This document shows, piece after piece, positions 18,808-28,201 of a stretch of DNA of 64,000 nucleotides. The position numbers were made by a program, and so were the translations under genes. The stretch covers positions 160,001 to 224,000 of the forward strand of contig CBDCCZ010000014.1 in NCBI GenBank assembly GCA_965215005.1, given 5' to 3'. The notes beneath the pieces are model-generated. The model did not search any database and had not been told where the DNA came from. It was given only the letters and a program-made list of their open reading frames with translations. The stretch comes from Kofleriaceae bacterium (GTDB taxonomy: Bacteria > Myxococcota_A > Polyangia > Haliangiales > Haliangiaceae). Position 1 is the stretch's first letter, and each line of letters starts with the position of its first letter.

Positions 18808-20088
18808 ATGTCGGACACAGCGAAACTCATCGTCGACGGCAAAGAGTATCAGTACCCCATCATCACCGGTACCGAAGACGAACGGGCCATCGACATCAGC
18901 AACCTGCGAAGCGATACCGGTTTGGTGACGATGGATCCGGGGTACAAAAACACCGGATCGACGCACAGCACCATCACCTATCTCGACGGCGAGAAGGGCA
19001 TCCTCCGCTACCGCGGCTATCCCATCGAGCAGCTCGCGGAGAACTCGAGCTTCGTCGAAACCAGCTACTTGCTCATCTTCGGCAAGCTGCCGAACAAGCA
19101 AGAGCTCGCGTCGTTTTCCGAGAAGCTCACCTATCACAGCATGCTGCACGAGCAGATGCGCCACTTCTTTGATGGCTTTCCCTACGACAGCCATCCAATG
19201 GCGATGCTCTCGTCGATGGTCTGCTCGCTGTCGGCCTACTACCCCGACTGCCTCGACCAGCGAACCTCGCCCGACGTGCATATTACGCGGCTGTTGTCGA
19301 AGGTCCGCACCATCGCCTCGTTCGGCTACAAGAAGTCGATCGGCAAGCCGATCATGTATCCGAAGAACTCGCTCAGCTACTGCGCAAATTTCCTCCACAT
19401 GATGTTTGCGGTGCCCGCAGAGCCGTATGAGCCCGATCCGGAGATGGTCAAGGCGCTCAACACCCTGCTCATCTTGCACGCTGATCACGAGCAAAACTGC
19501 TCGACCTCCACGGTGCGCTTGGTCGGCTCATCAAACGCCAACCTTTACGCGGCGATCAGCGCCGGTGTGCTGGCGTTGTGGGGGCCGCTGCATGGTGGTG
19601 CCAATCAGGCCGTCATCGAGATGCTCGAAGAAATCGCGGAGAGCGGCGGCGACACCAAAAAGTTCATGAGCGACGTCAAGGACAAGAAGTCCGGCCGCCG
19701 GCTGATGGGCTTTGGCCATCGCGTCTACAAGAATTACGACCCGCGCGCCAAGATTCTCAAGAAGATGGCCGATCGGCTGCTGCCTCATCTCGGGGTGAGC
19801 GATCCGCTGCTCGACATCGCAAAGAATCTCGAAGAAGTCGCGCTCACCGACGAGTACTTCATCGCGCGCAAGCTCTATCCCAACGTCGACTTCTACAGCG
19901 GCGTGGTCTATCGCGCCCTCGGCATCCCCACCAACATGTTCACGGTGATGTTCGCGCTCGGTCGACTGCCGGGCTGGATCGCGCAGTGGAAAGAGATGAT
20001 GGAAGACCCGACGCGGGTCATCGGTCGACCGCGGCAGATCTACACCGGCGAAACCGAGCGGACGTATACGCCGATCGATCAGCGCTGA
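18808..20088 (+). CDS. gltA: Citrate synthase (type II)
   Basis: DPGY.NT, LHADHEQNCSTSTVR, GPLHGGAN, GFGHRVYK and YPNVDFYSG motifs. Confidence 0.98.
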   Translation: MSDTAKLIVDGKEYQYPIITGTEDERAIDISNLRSDTGLVTMDPGYKNTGSTHSTITYLDGEKGILRYRGYPIEQLAENSSFVETSYLLIFGKLPNKQELASFSEKLTYHSMLHEQMRHFFDGFPYDSHPMAMLSSMVCSLSAYYPDCLDQRTSPDVHITRLLSKVRTIASFGYKKSIGKPIMYPKNSLSYCANFLHMMFAVPAEPYEPDPEMVKALNTLLILHADHEQNCSTSTVRLVGSSNANLYAAISAGVLALWGPLHGGANQAVIEMLEEIAESGGDTKKFMSDVKDKKSGRRLMGFGHRVYKNYDPRAKILKKMADRLLPHLGVSDPLLDIAKNLEEVALTDEYFIARKLYPNVDFYSGVVYRALGIPTNMFTVMFALGRLPGWIAQWKEMMEDPTRVIGRPRQIYTGETERTYTPIDQR

Positions 20089-20174
20089 GCCCATCGGGCG
20101 TCGCCCGAGCCTGTACGTGCTGACCCGCATCAGCCGCCCTTGCACCCACGCGCTGCGCGCGGCAAAGTCGGCGC

Positions 20175-20591
20175 GTGCACCCCAACGTTGCCGAACCTAC
20201 ATCCAGCGCCGTCACCCAAGGAATCCGGGTGACGGTGCAGTCGATCTATTTGCCGGATCAGTCAGAGCCCGAAGACCGCCGCTACGTATTCGCCTACACC
20301 GTGTCGATCTCCAATGAGGGCCCGCAACCGGCGCAGCTTCGCACCCGGCACTGGATCATCACCGACGGCGCCGGCCAAATCGAGGAAGTGCGCGGTGACG
20401 GCGTGGTGGGCGAGCAGCCACACCTGCTCCCCGGCGATAGCTTCCAGTACACGTCCGGCTGCGTGCTCAAGACCCCGCTCGGGACCATGCACGGCACCTA
20501 TCAGATGATCCGCGACGATGGCTCGAACTTTGAAGCCACCATTGCTCCCTTCACCCTCGCATCGCCGGTCTCGGGCCGAGTGCTCAACTGA
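20175..20591 (+). CDS. apaG: ApaG protein
   Basis: YVFAY.V.I.N, RHWIITD, V.G.GVVGEQP and YTSGC.L.TP.G.M.G.Y motifs. Confidence 0.95.
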   Translation: MHPNVAEPTSSAVTQGIRVTVQSIYLPDQSEPEDRRYVFAYTVSISNEGPQPAQLRTRHWIITDGAGQIEEVRGDGVVGEQPHLLPGDSFQYTSGCVLKTPLGTMHGTYQMIRDDGSNFEATIAPFTLASPVSGRVLN

Positions 20592-20817
20592 GACCGATCC
20601 CGCTCAGCGCTATTCAACAGCGATAGCCGTTGCAACGCCAGATGTGGCTTTCACGGCGGTAGGAGCGACGGGTGCGTGAGCACCCGGCGCTGGCGGCGTG
20701 ACGGAGGTTGCGCCGCAGTGGGAGTCTGGCCCCCACGAGCAGACGCAGCATGGCTGCTAAGTATGCGTTGACGCGAACTGTGGCGGTGGCATTGAGTTTG
20801 CTGCTGTGACGCATCCG

Positions 20818-22134
20818 ATGACCACGCCGCGGTACCACGTCTCCAAGAACCGCCTCGAAGGCTCGCTGTGCGACACCTCGCTCGGACAGCTCCTCGACTC
20901 GTGCCGCAAGCACCTCGTGACGGGCGAGATTCGGATCGTTGGGGCCGGTGGTCAGCCTCGGCGAGGCCACGTGCGGGTTCGTGCAGGGGCTGTCGATGAA
21001 GCGCAGTGGGGTGAGCTCCGGGGCGATCTCGCAGTGGTCGAGATGCGCGGGCTCACCGACGGGCTCTACGAGCTTGGCCAACGCCTGCCCGACCTCGGGG
21101 GCGAGCTCGGCGAGGCGGCGGCGTGCGCCGGTGAGCTCAAGGACGTGCCGCTGGCGGCGATCATGCGTCACTGCGAGGAGCAAGCGCTATCGTGCACCAT
21201 CGCCATCAGCGGCGTCGAAGGCAGCGGTGAGATCAGCTATCGAGCTGGCGAAATCGTCGGCTGGTCCATGAATGGCGACAGCAGTGAGGACGCCATCGTC
21301 GCGGTCACGCAAGTGCGCGACGGCCACTTTCGCGTCGATTCGCCGCCGCTCGCCCTGGATATCGGTGGCTGGCCGTCGGTGTCCAGGGATCCGACGCAAC
21401 CCTTCAAGATCGAGCACTTGGCGGCGATGCGGCCCAAACCTGCCAAGCCGTCCGCACCCGTTGTGGCGCCGCCGCCGGTGCCTATTGGCGGGGCAACCGG
21501 CGCCTTGCGAGCTGCGGCGCCAGCGGCCGCGACGCCAGCGACCCCGCCACCGCTGCCGGGCTTGGGTGTGGCATCAGGCGCGGCGCGGGACGAAGGACCA
21601 GTGATCATCGAAGCGGCCGATCGAGCCCCCGCGACGGCCATCTCGGCGCCGCCGGCAGGCAGCGATGCGCACAGTGGCACAGACAGAACCCCTGCGCTGC
21701 TGAGCCGCGCCGCGCGCGGCACCGGCGCCGCGGCAGTGCCCCACGCAGGCGGGGGTGCCGCAGCGTCCACCGTTCCCAAGCTTGCAGATGCCGAGCTTCC
21801 CAGTGCCGCCGCTGCCCTCGAGCTTCCAGACGCAGCGCTTCCCAACGCCGCCGCTGAGGTTGGCGACCCCGCCGGCCCGCCGATGCCTCCGCCGGGCGGC
21901 GCCGCGCCTATCGAGCAGTCGCTTCCGCGCGAGTCCGATCGCGGCGAGGGCCGCGCCGCGGCGAGCCCGGGCTGGGCGGTGCCGCCCTTGCCTGCTCTCG
22001 CTGAGCCAATGCGGCCTCCTCCGCGGCTCTCTACGGAGTCGAGCCGCGGCCGCGATTGGCGCGTCTTCGCCGCCGTGAGTATCGCGCTCGTGGTGTTTGC
22101 CGCGCTGCTTTGGTGGGTTTTGGGCGTGCTTTGA
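20818..22134 (+). CDS. Protein with two DUF4388-like domains, a Pro/Ala-rich linker and a C-terminal TM
   Basis: LEGSL.DTSL.QLL.....TG.I and GELKDVPL..IM segments; C-terminal hydrophobic helix. Confidence 0.65.
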   Translation: MTTPRYHVSKNRLEGSLCDTSLGQLLDSCRKHLVTGEIRIVGAGGQPRRGHVRVRAGAVDEAQWGELRGDLAVVEMRGLTDGLYELGQRLPDLGGELGEAAACAGELKDVPLAAIMRHCEEQALSCTIAISGVEGSGEISYRAGEIVGWSMNGDSSEDAIVAVTQVRDGHFRVDSPPLALDIGGWPSVSRDPTQPFKIEHLAAMRPKPAKPSAPVVAPPPVPIGGATGALRAAAPAAATPATPPPLPGLGVASGAARDEGPVIIEAADRAPATAISAPPAGSDAHSGTDRTPALLSRAARGTGAAAVPHAGGGAAASTVPKLADAELPSAAAALELPDAALPNAAAEVGDPAGPPMPPPGGAAPIEQSLPRESDRGEGRAAASPGWAVPPLPALAEPMRPPPRLSTESSRGRDWRVFAAVSIALVVFAALLWWVLGVL

Positions 22135-22311
22135 GCACCTGCGAAGTCGTGTCAGCAAGCGCATAGCATTGCAAGGCTGTTGCGGGTCCCGGCGGCGATT
22201 TCCGCGCAAACAATCCCCCTTCGCCCTACGAGGCGCCGCCTGGCTGCCCGCGCCGATGATTTTGCGGTAGCTTTGCTCGACCGCGCCGGCGGATCGAGCG
22301 TTGAAGTTCGA

Positions 22312-22980
22312 ATGGCTCTGCCCCACCCACACGAAACTGCCAGCGTCCTCGTCGCGCGGGCCAAAGCCGGAGACGATCACGCCTTCGGTGAGCTGGTCCG
22401 CCGGTATCGCGACCGAATCCTGGCGCTCGCGCTGCATATGACCGGCGATGAGAGCGAAGCCGATGACATCGCGCAGGAGGTGTTCCTGCGCGCCTACGCC
22501 AAGCTCAGCGACTTCCAAGGCCGCAGCGAATTCTTCACCTGGGTCTATCGCATGACCGTCAACCGCTGCCTCAACCTCACTCGCGACCGCAAACGCCGCT
22601 GCGAGACCGCATTGGACGATCCCCGCATCGCCCGCGCTGTCGCCGTCGACGCCGCAGGCGACCCGGTCAAGGCCACCGCGCTGCGCCAAACTTACGCCCG
22701 GCTCCTCGTCGAGCTCGACCGCTTGCCGCCGGCGATGCGCACCTCCGTCATCCTGGTCGCGCTGCAGGGTCTTAGTCACGCCGAGGCCGGCGTGGTGCAA
22801 AAGTGCTCGGCAGGCACCGTTGCGTGGCGGATTCACGAAGCGCGCGTGCGGCTAAAGGCGGCTCTGGAGCCCTCTGCCAGCGGCGCGCCGGTGCGCCGGC
22901 GACGCTCGAGCATCTCCGGCGAAATGGTCAGACTGCTGCGCGAGTTTGGCCTGCCGCTCGCGTCTAGCTCGAGCCACTGA
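22312..22980 (+). CDS. ECF sigma-70 factor
   Basis: GD..AF.ELVRRY, DIAQEVFLRAY, F.TWVYR...N and GLS..E......GTV..RIH.AR motifs. Confidence 0.92.
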   Translation: MALPHPHETASVLVARAKAGDDHAFGELVRRYRDRILALALHMTGDESEADDIAQEVFLRAYAKLSDFQGRSEFFTWVYRMTVNRCLNLTRDRKRRCETALDDPRIARAVAVDAAGDPVKATALRQTYARLLVELDRLPPAMRTSVILVALQGLSHAEAGVVQKCSAGTVAWRIHEARVRLKAALEPSASGAPVRRRRSSISGEMVRLLREFGLPLASSSSH

Positions 22981-23114
22981 GCATCGCGTGAGCGCGACGC
23001 GGCGTTCGCATCGCACCCGCGACGTAGCAGGCACAACGAGGAGCCGCACGCGCTGGCGCCGAGCGCCTGCCGCGAGCTAAGCTCGATTTCTAACTGGTAC
23101 CGTCGAGGAGCTCG

Positions 23115-23636
23115 ATGCGCCGCTTGATACTCGCCGCCCTGCTATCGCTAAGCATCTCCGGCTGCTCGCTCGTCACCGTCGAGCAGTCGCCGTTCGATCC
23201 GCTCGACATTCGAGCCGAGCGACCACCTCCTCCACCCCCGCGGGTGGTGCTCACCGAGTCGAGCATTCAGATCAATGAGAAGGTCCAGTTCGAGCTCGGC
23301 AAGGCAACGCTGCTGCCCGCCTCGCACTCGCTGCTCGACGAGGTGGCGCAAGTGCTGAAAGAGAACCCGCAAATCACCAAGATTTCAGTCGAAGGTCACA
23401 CCGACACGACCGGCGGAATGGCGCGCAACCAAGAGCTCTCGCGGCAGCGCGCCGAGTCGGTGCGCAGCTATCTCGCTAGCAAAGGCATCGCCGGCAAGCG
23501 CATGGTCGCTCACGGCTATGGGCCCGAGCGACCTATCGCCAGTAACGACACGGAAGAAGGTCGAGAAGCCAATCGCCGGGTCGAGTTCAACATCCTCGAG
23601 CAAGGGCCCAAGAAGGTCCTCGTTCAAGACGAATAG
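23115..23636 (+). CDS. OmpA-family peptidoglycan-binding lipoprotein
   Basis: Lipobox ISGC; VEGHTD, N..LS..RA.SV and NRRVEF motifs. Confidence 0.92.
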   Translation: MRRLILAALLSLSISGCSLVTVEQSPFDPLDIRAERPPPPPPRVVLTESSIQINEKVQFELGKATLLPASHSLLDEVAQVLKENPQITKISVEGHTDTTGGMARNQELSRQRAESVRSYLASKGIAGKRMVAHGYGPERPIASNDTEEGREANRRVEFNILEQGPKKVLVQDE

Positions 23637-23647
23637 AGGTGGAAGTC

Positions 23648-24022
23648 ATGGCGCACCTTCATAAAGCCAGAAACCTGGCTCTCGCCCTGCTCAGCCTCGT
23701 CGCCGCTTGTGGTGGCTCCGGGCTCGGCGCCAACGTCCGCAGCGACATCCGCACCCAGGTAGCGACCATCCAGGAGCCGGTGGCGGCGTGTTATGAAGCA
23801 GCCCTGGAGCGGGATCGCAAGCTGCGCGGCCGGATGCTCGTCGGCTTCGATGCGGCGCCCAAGACCGGCGAATTTACCAACGTTCACATCGTAGAGAGCG
23901 AGCTGAGCGACCCCGACCTCGAGCGCTGCGTCACCGAGCACGTCGCTCGCCTGCGTCTTTCGACGCCGCAGAAGGCCAAAGTCGCCGCCAGCTATCCGCT
24001 CGACTTCGCCCCCACCAACTAG
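23648..24022 (+). CDS. Lipoprotein with an AgmX/PglI C-terminal (TonB-C-like) domain
   Basis: Lipobox VAAC; CYE.AL.R...L.G and SEL.D..LE.CV...YPLDF motifs. Confidence 0.7.
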   Translation: MAHLHKARNLALALLSLVAACGGSGLGANVRSDIRTQVATIQEPVAACYEAALERDRKLRGRMLVGFDAAPKTGEFTNVHIVESELSDPDLERCVTEHVARLRLSTPQKAKVAASYPLDFAPTN

Positions 24023-24059
24023 TACCCGGCCACAGGGAAGATGATCGATTCAGGCACCT

Positions 24060-24320
24060 TCACCGAAGGGTGGGGAGATGCTCGGGGCGGACCAGTAGCT
24101 CAATGCTTCGAGCCGTGCGTGGCGTTCGGCGGATCAACCCCTTGCGCTCGAGCTCTCTCACCATTCTGTGCACGGTAGGCGGCGTCACGTCGAAGAAGCG
24201 CTGCATGTCAGCTTCGGCTGGTGGCCGTCGGTTGAGCTTGGTGTAGGAGTGAATAAAGGCCAGGTATTGGCCCTGTAACGGGGTGAAGTTGGCGCAATTC
24301 GTCTGCGATGGGATCGACAC
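24060..24320 (-). CDS. LexA N-terminal-like winged-helix DNA-binding protein (IS passenger)
   Basis: TPLQGQYLAFIHSY.....RPP.EADMQRFF.VTPPTVHRMV..LERKGLIRR.P..ARSI; no peptidase domain. Confidence 0.82.
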   Translation of the reverse strand: MSIPSQTNCANFTPLQGQYLAFIHSYTKLNRRPPAEADMQRFFDVTPPTVHRMVRELERKGLIRRTPRTARSIELLVRPEHLPTLR

Positions 24321-24367
24321 GATCGTCGGATGATGATCCCGTCGGCGTTCTCTGGAAAGGGGACGCG

Positions 24368-25510
24368 ATGAACGTCAAATATGTGGTGGAGCTGAGCGAA
24401 GCGGAACGCGAGGAGTTACGGGCGCTTGTTCGCGGCGGGACGAAGTTGGCTCGCACCGTGAAGCGCGCCCAGGTTCTTCTTGCGGCTGACGAGGGTACGG
24501 CGGATGCATCGATCGCTGCCACGGTCCGGGTCGGCACATCAACGGTGTATCGAACCAAGCGGCGATTCGTGGAGGATGGGCTCCAGCGAGCCCTCAACGA
24601 TGCCCCCCGACCGGGAGCCGGGCGTAAGCTGACAGGCAAGGAAGAAGCATTGCTGGTGGCGCTGGCGTGCTCAGATCCGCCCGCCGGCCGCGCCAGGTGG
24701 ACCATGGAGCTGATAGCTGGTGCGTTCGTCGAGATGACCGAGCACGATGAACTTTCGGGTGAGACCGTGCGCCGCCGCCTAAAGGAGAAAAAGATCAAGC
24801 CTTGGCAGCACAAGATGTGGTGCATCCCGAACGTGAACGCGGCGTACGTAGCGCGGATGGAGGACGTGCTCGAATTGTATGCAGAGCCTGCTTCCGAGGA
24901 AGCGCCGGTCGTGTGCTTCGACGAATCACCGGTGCAGCTCATAGGAGAGACGCGCCGACCGATTCCTGCATCGGCCGGCAGACCCGCACGTATCGACTAC
25001 GAGTATCGCCGCAACGGCACCGCCAACCTCTTTGTGTTCCTGGACGCGCATCGCCCGTGGAGGCACGTGAAAGTGACCGATCACCGCAAATGCGACGATT
25101 TCGCCGAGTGCATGCGGGATCTGGTCGACTCCCATTACCCAAACGCCAAAAAAATCCGAGTCGTGATGGACAATCTGTCGACGCACAGTGAAGCCGCGCT
25201 CTATCAAAGCTTCGCTCCCGCTGAAGCCCGACGCATCCTTCGCAAGATTGACTTCCACTTCGTGCCCAAGCACGCGAGCTGGCTCAACATGGTGGAGATC
25301 GAGATCGGTGTGCTCAAGAAGCAGTGCTTGAGCCGCCGCATAGAGGATCAGCAGACACTCCGCTCAGAGATCGCAGCGTGGCAGACCACGCGCAACGAGA
25401 CGGGCCGACGCATCCGGTGGATGTTCACAATCGAAAAGGCGCGCCAGAAGATGGGCCGAGCCTACCCGGAGCCCGCATCCGCCGCGTCCCCCGGTGAGGC
25501 CGCGGCCTGA
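24368..25510 (+). CDS. IS630 transposase
   Basis: N-terminal HTH (D.PRPG...KL), DDE triad CFDES / MDN / WLNMVE, EYRRNGT motif; single uninterrupted frame. Confidence 0.96.
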   Translation: MNVKYVVELSEAEREELRALVRGGTKLARTVKRAQVLLAADEGTADASIAATVRVGTSTVYRTKRRFVEDGLQRALNDAPRPGAGRKLTGKEEALLVALACSDPPAGRARWTMELIAGAFVEMTEHDELSGETVRRRLKEKKIKPWQHKMWCIPNVNAAYVARMEDVLELYAEPASEEAPVVCFDESPVQLIGETRRPIPASAGRPARIDYEYRRNGTANLFVFLDAHRPWRHVKVTDHRKCDDFAECMRDLVDSHYPNAKKIRVVMDNLSTHSEAALYQSFAPAEARRILRKIDFHFVPKHASWLNMVEIEIGVLKKQCLSRRIEDQQTLRSEIAAWQTTRNETGRRIRWMFTIEKARQKMGRAYPEPASAASPGEAAA

Positions 25511-25618
25511 ATGAGTCAAAACCACTGTGGCCGGGTACTAGCGCGTTGCTCGCCGCGGCACCTGCCGCCGCCGCGCGCTGTTGCCGAGCGACCTTCCAGT
25601 TCGCCTATACTCCGCGGC

Positions 25619-26107
25619 ATGAGCTTGCCCATCGCCCCGGCGGCCAAGAAGAAGCCCAGCCGACAGCCCACGCACCGCGCAATCGACCATGCACGCCTCC
25701 TAAGGCTCGGCAGTGACGTCGAGGACGAGGCCGACGAAGACACCGTCGACTTCGCGCTCATCGATCGCATGGCCGTCGAGCAGGGCATTCCGCACAGCCA
25801 CCTCTACGCCGGTGTGGCGCTGACCACCGAGCTCACCGTCGAGGCCGAGGCAGCGGTGCAAGTGGCGGTATGCGTTGGCCACTGTCAGCAGTGGGGCGCC
25901 CTCGAGTGCATCGATGCACTTGCAGACGCGCGCATCGAGCGCGGCGAACGCGGCGCTCCCACCTTCGACATTCTCCCTAAAGAGTGCCTCGATGCCTGCG
26001 AGCACGCCGCCGCGGTGAAGCTCCGCACTCCTGCCGGCACCGCGCTGATCCCTGCAGCCACCCCCGCAGCACTCGTCGAGGCGGTGGAGACCGCGCTCGA
26101 CGAGTAG
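25619..26107 (+). CDS. Thioredoxin-like [2Fe-2S] ferredoxin (NuoE-like) domain protein
   Basis: VAVCVGHCQQWGA and KECLDACEHAAAV cysteine motifs. Confidence 0.65.
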   Translation: MSLPIAPAAKKKPSRQPTHRAIDHARLLRLGSDVEDEADEDTVDFALIDRMAVEQGIPHSHLYAGVALTTELTVEAEAAVQVAVCVGHCQQWGALECIDALADARIERGERGAPTFDILPKECLDACEHAAAVKLRTPAGTALIPAATPAALVEAVETALDE

Positions 26108-26120
26108 CGCCTTGAAACGC

Positions 26121-28019
26121 TCAGGCGGCGCGCGCCATCAACTCGGACATCAGCTGCACGAACGCCGACGGATCGTCGAGCGCGCCGCCCTCGGCCAACA
26201 CCGCCTGGCCGTAAAGGAGCTTTGCGTAGTCGCCGATGAGTGGATCCGAGCTCGATCCCGAATGCCGTGCCGCGAGCTTTTCCACAACCGGGTGCCGCGG
26301 GTTGACCTCGAGGATTCGCTTTGACGTCGGAATGCTTTGCCCGGTGGCCTTCATCAACCGCTCCATCTGAGGAGTGAGGTCACCCCCCGCGGTCACCAAG
26401 CACGTCGCCGACGTCGTGAGGCGCTTCGAAACCCGCACTTCCTTGACCTGCTCCTGCAGCGCCGCGCGCATCGCCATTAGCAATCCGTCGAGCTCCTGGC
26501 TTGCAGCTCCCTCGTCCTTGGTGGTCTCTTCGGCGCTGCTCTCCTCGGCTTTTTCGAGCTCGGGAACCTCGGCGGACAGGACACTCACCAGCTTCTTGTC
26601 CTGATACTCCGCCCGTTGTTGCAGCCAGATCTCATCCACCTGATCGGTGAAGAACAGCACCTCGATGCCGCGCTCGCGAAACGCTTCGAGGTGCGGCGAA
26701 CGCCGCAATGTGTCGAGATTTTGCCCCGTGAGGTAGTAGATGGATTCCTGACCCTCTTTCATCCGCTCGACGTATTCGGCCAGCGAGGTCGGCGCGTCGG
26801 GATCCCGGGTGGAAGCAGTGATGACCAGCTCGAGCACCCGCTCTTCGCGCTGGCCGCTGGTCAACAGCCCTTCTTTCAGGCAGGGCCCGAGCTCTCGCCA
26901 AAATTCCCGGTACCCGGGAGCATCATCCCGCTTTAGCTCGACCAGCGCATCCAGCACCTTTTTGACCAGGTGCTTGCGAATCACCTGTACCTGGCGATTC
27001 TGCTGAAGGAGCTCTCGCGAGACGTTCAGCGGCAGATCCTCGGCATCGACCACGCCCTTGACGAACCGCAAGTAGCTCGGCAAGAGCTCTTCGCACTCAT
27101 CCATGATGAAGACGCGCTTGACGTAGAGCTGCACGCCGCGCCGGCTCATGTCGCGGTAATACAGATCGAAGGGCGCCCGCGACGGAACGAACAGCAACGC
27201 ACGGGCCTCGAAGCTACCCTCGATCTTGGTGGCGATACGCAGCCGCGGGTCGCTCCAGTCATGCGAGACGTGTTTGTAGAACTCGTTATACTCCTGGTCG
27301 GTCACCTCGTCGGCGGGGCGTGTCCAGATCGCCTTCTGCGAGTTGAGGGTTTCCTCACCGCCGTCATCGCCTTCTTTGGCGATGCGGATCGGATAGCCGA
27401 CGAAGTCTGAATAGCGCCGAATCAGACCTTGCAGCACCCAACGGTCGGCGTAATCCGCGATGCCCTCTTCCTGATCGGCAGCGACGAGATGCAGCGTCAC
27501 GCTGGTGCCTGGAGTCTGCCGGCTGGCATCATCGACGGTGTAGGTGCCGTCTCCCGTCGATTCCCAGCGACTCGCGGCTTCCTCGCCGACCTTGCGCGTG
27601 ACCAGAACCACGCGCTCGGCGACCAAGAAGCTCGAGTAAAAGCCGACGCCAAACTGGCCGATGAGCTCTGGCCGTGCCTCGCCCTCGCCCTTCTGGCGCA
27701 GCAGCTCAGCCAACTCGCGAGTGCCCGAGCGAGCAATCGTGCCGATGTTGGCGATGAGCTCCTCGCGGCTCATGCCGATGCCGTTGTCGGAGATGGTGAG
27801 CGTGCGCGCGTCGCGATCGACCTCGAGCCGGATCGCCAGCTCCTCGGCGGCGGCGAGCTCGGGCTGGGTCACCGCCGCAAAGCGACGCTTATCCAACGCA
27901 TCGGAGGCGTTGGAGATCAGCTCGCGCAGGAAGATGTCGCGGTTGGAGTAGAGCGAGTGGATCATTAGATCCAACAGGCGCTTGGTCTCGGTCTGAAATT
28001 CGTAGCGGTTCGATGTCAT
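26121..28019 (-). CDS. htpG: Molecular chaperone HtpG (Hsp90)
   Basis: YSNRDIFLRELISNASDA, DNGIGM, IGQFGVGFYS, LPLNVSRE and LEVNP.HP motifs. Confidence 0.98.
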   Translation of the reverse strand: MTSNRYEFQTETKRLLDLMIHSLYSNRDIFLRELISNASDALDKRRFAAVTQPELAAAEELAIRLEVDRDARTLTISDNGIGMSREELIANIGTIARSGTRELAELLRQKGEGEARPELIGQFGVGFYSSFLVAERVVLVTRKVGEEAASRWESTGDGTYTVDDASRQTPGTSVTLHLVAADQEEGIADYADRWVLQGLIRRYSDFVGYPIRIAKEGDDGGEETLNSQKAIWTRPADEVTDQEYNEFYKHVSHDWSDPRLRIATKIEGSFEARALLFVPSRAPFDLYYRDMSRRGVQLYVKRVFIMDECEELLPSYLRFVKGVVDAEDLPLNVSRELLQQNRQVQVIRKHLVKKVLDALVELKRDDAPGYREFWRELGPCLKEGLLTSGQREERVLELVITASTRDPDAPTSLAEYVERMKEGQESIYYLTGQNLDTLRRSPHLEAFRERGIEVLFFTDQVDEIWLQQRAEYQDKKLVSVLSAEVPELEKAEESSAEETTKDEGAASQELDGLLMAMRAALQEQVKEVRVSKRLTTSATCLVTAGGDLTPQMERLMKATGQSIPTSKRILEVNPRHPVVEKLAARHSGSSSDPLIGDYAKLLYGQAVLAEGGALDDPSAFVQLMSELMARAA

Positions 28020-28201
28020 GGCGTGTGGTCTCGGAAGGAAGCTGAGGGGGCTTGGTAAGCACGCCATGCCGGGCCCGCAAGGGTGAAATGTGCCTCCGGG
28101 GGCAAGATCCGGCAAGCTTCTGCTCAAACGAGCTCCTCGCATTCTGCCGCTGGCTCGTCACTGCCTTTACCGCTAGCCTGCCGGGAAACGTCGAGACCAC
28201 C

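Larger units (their letters stand above)
24022..25538 (+). mobile_element. Intact IS630-family insertion sequence (1517 bp) with a passenger HTH gene
   Basis: 34-bp imperfect terminal IRs (24022-24055, 25505-25538) with a perfect outer 14 bp GTACCCGGCCACAG and an inner ATTCAGGC. TA duplicated at 24020-21 and 25539-40, within a CTAG site. Confidence 0.95.

Noticed and set aside
28040..28120. Heat-shock promoter or CIRCE upstream of htpG
   Set aside because: No TTAGCACTC-N9-GAGTGCTAA, and only a vague CTTG -35 match.
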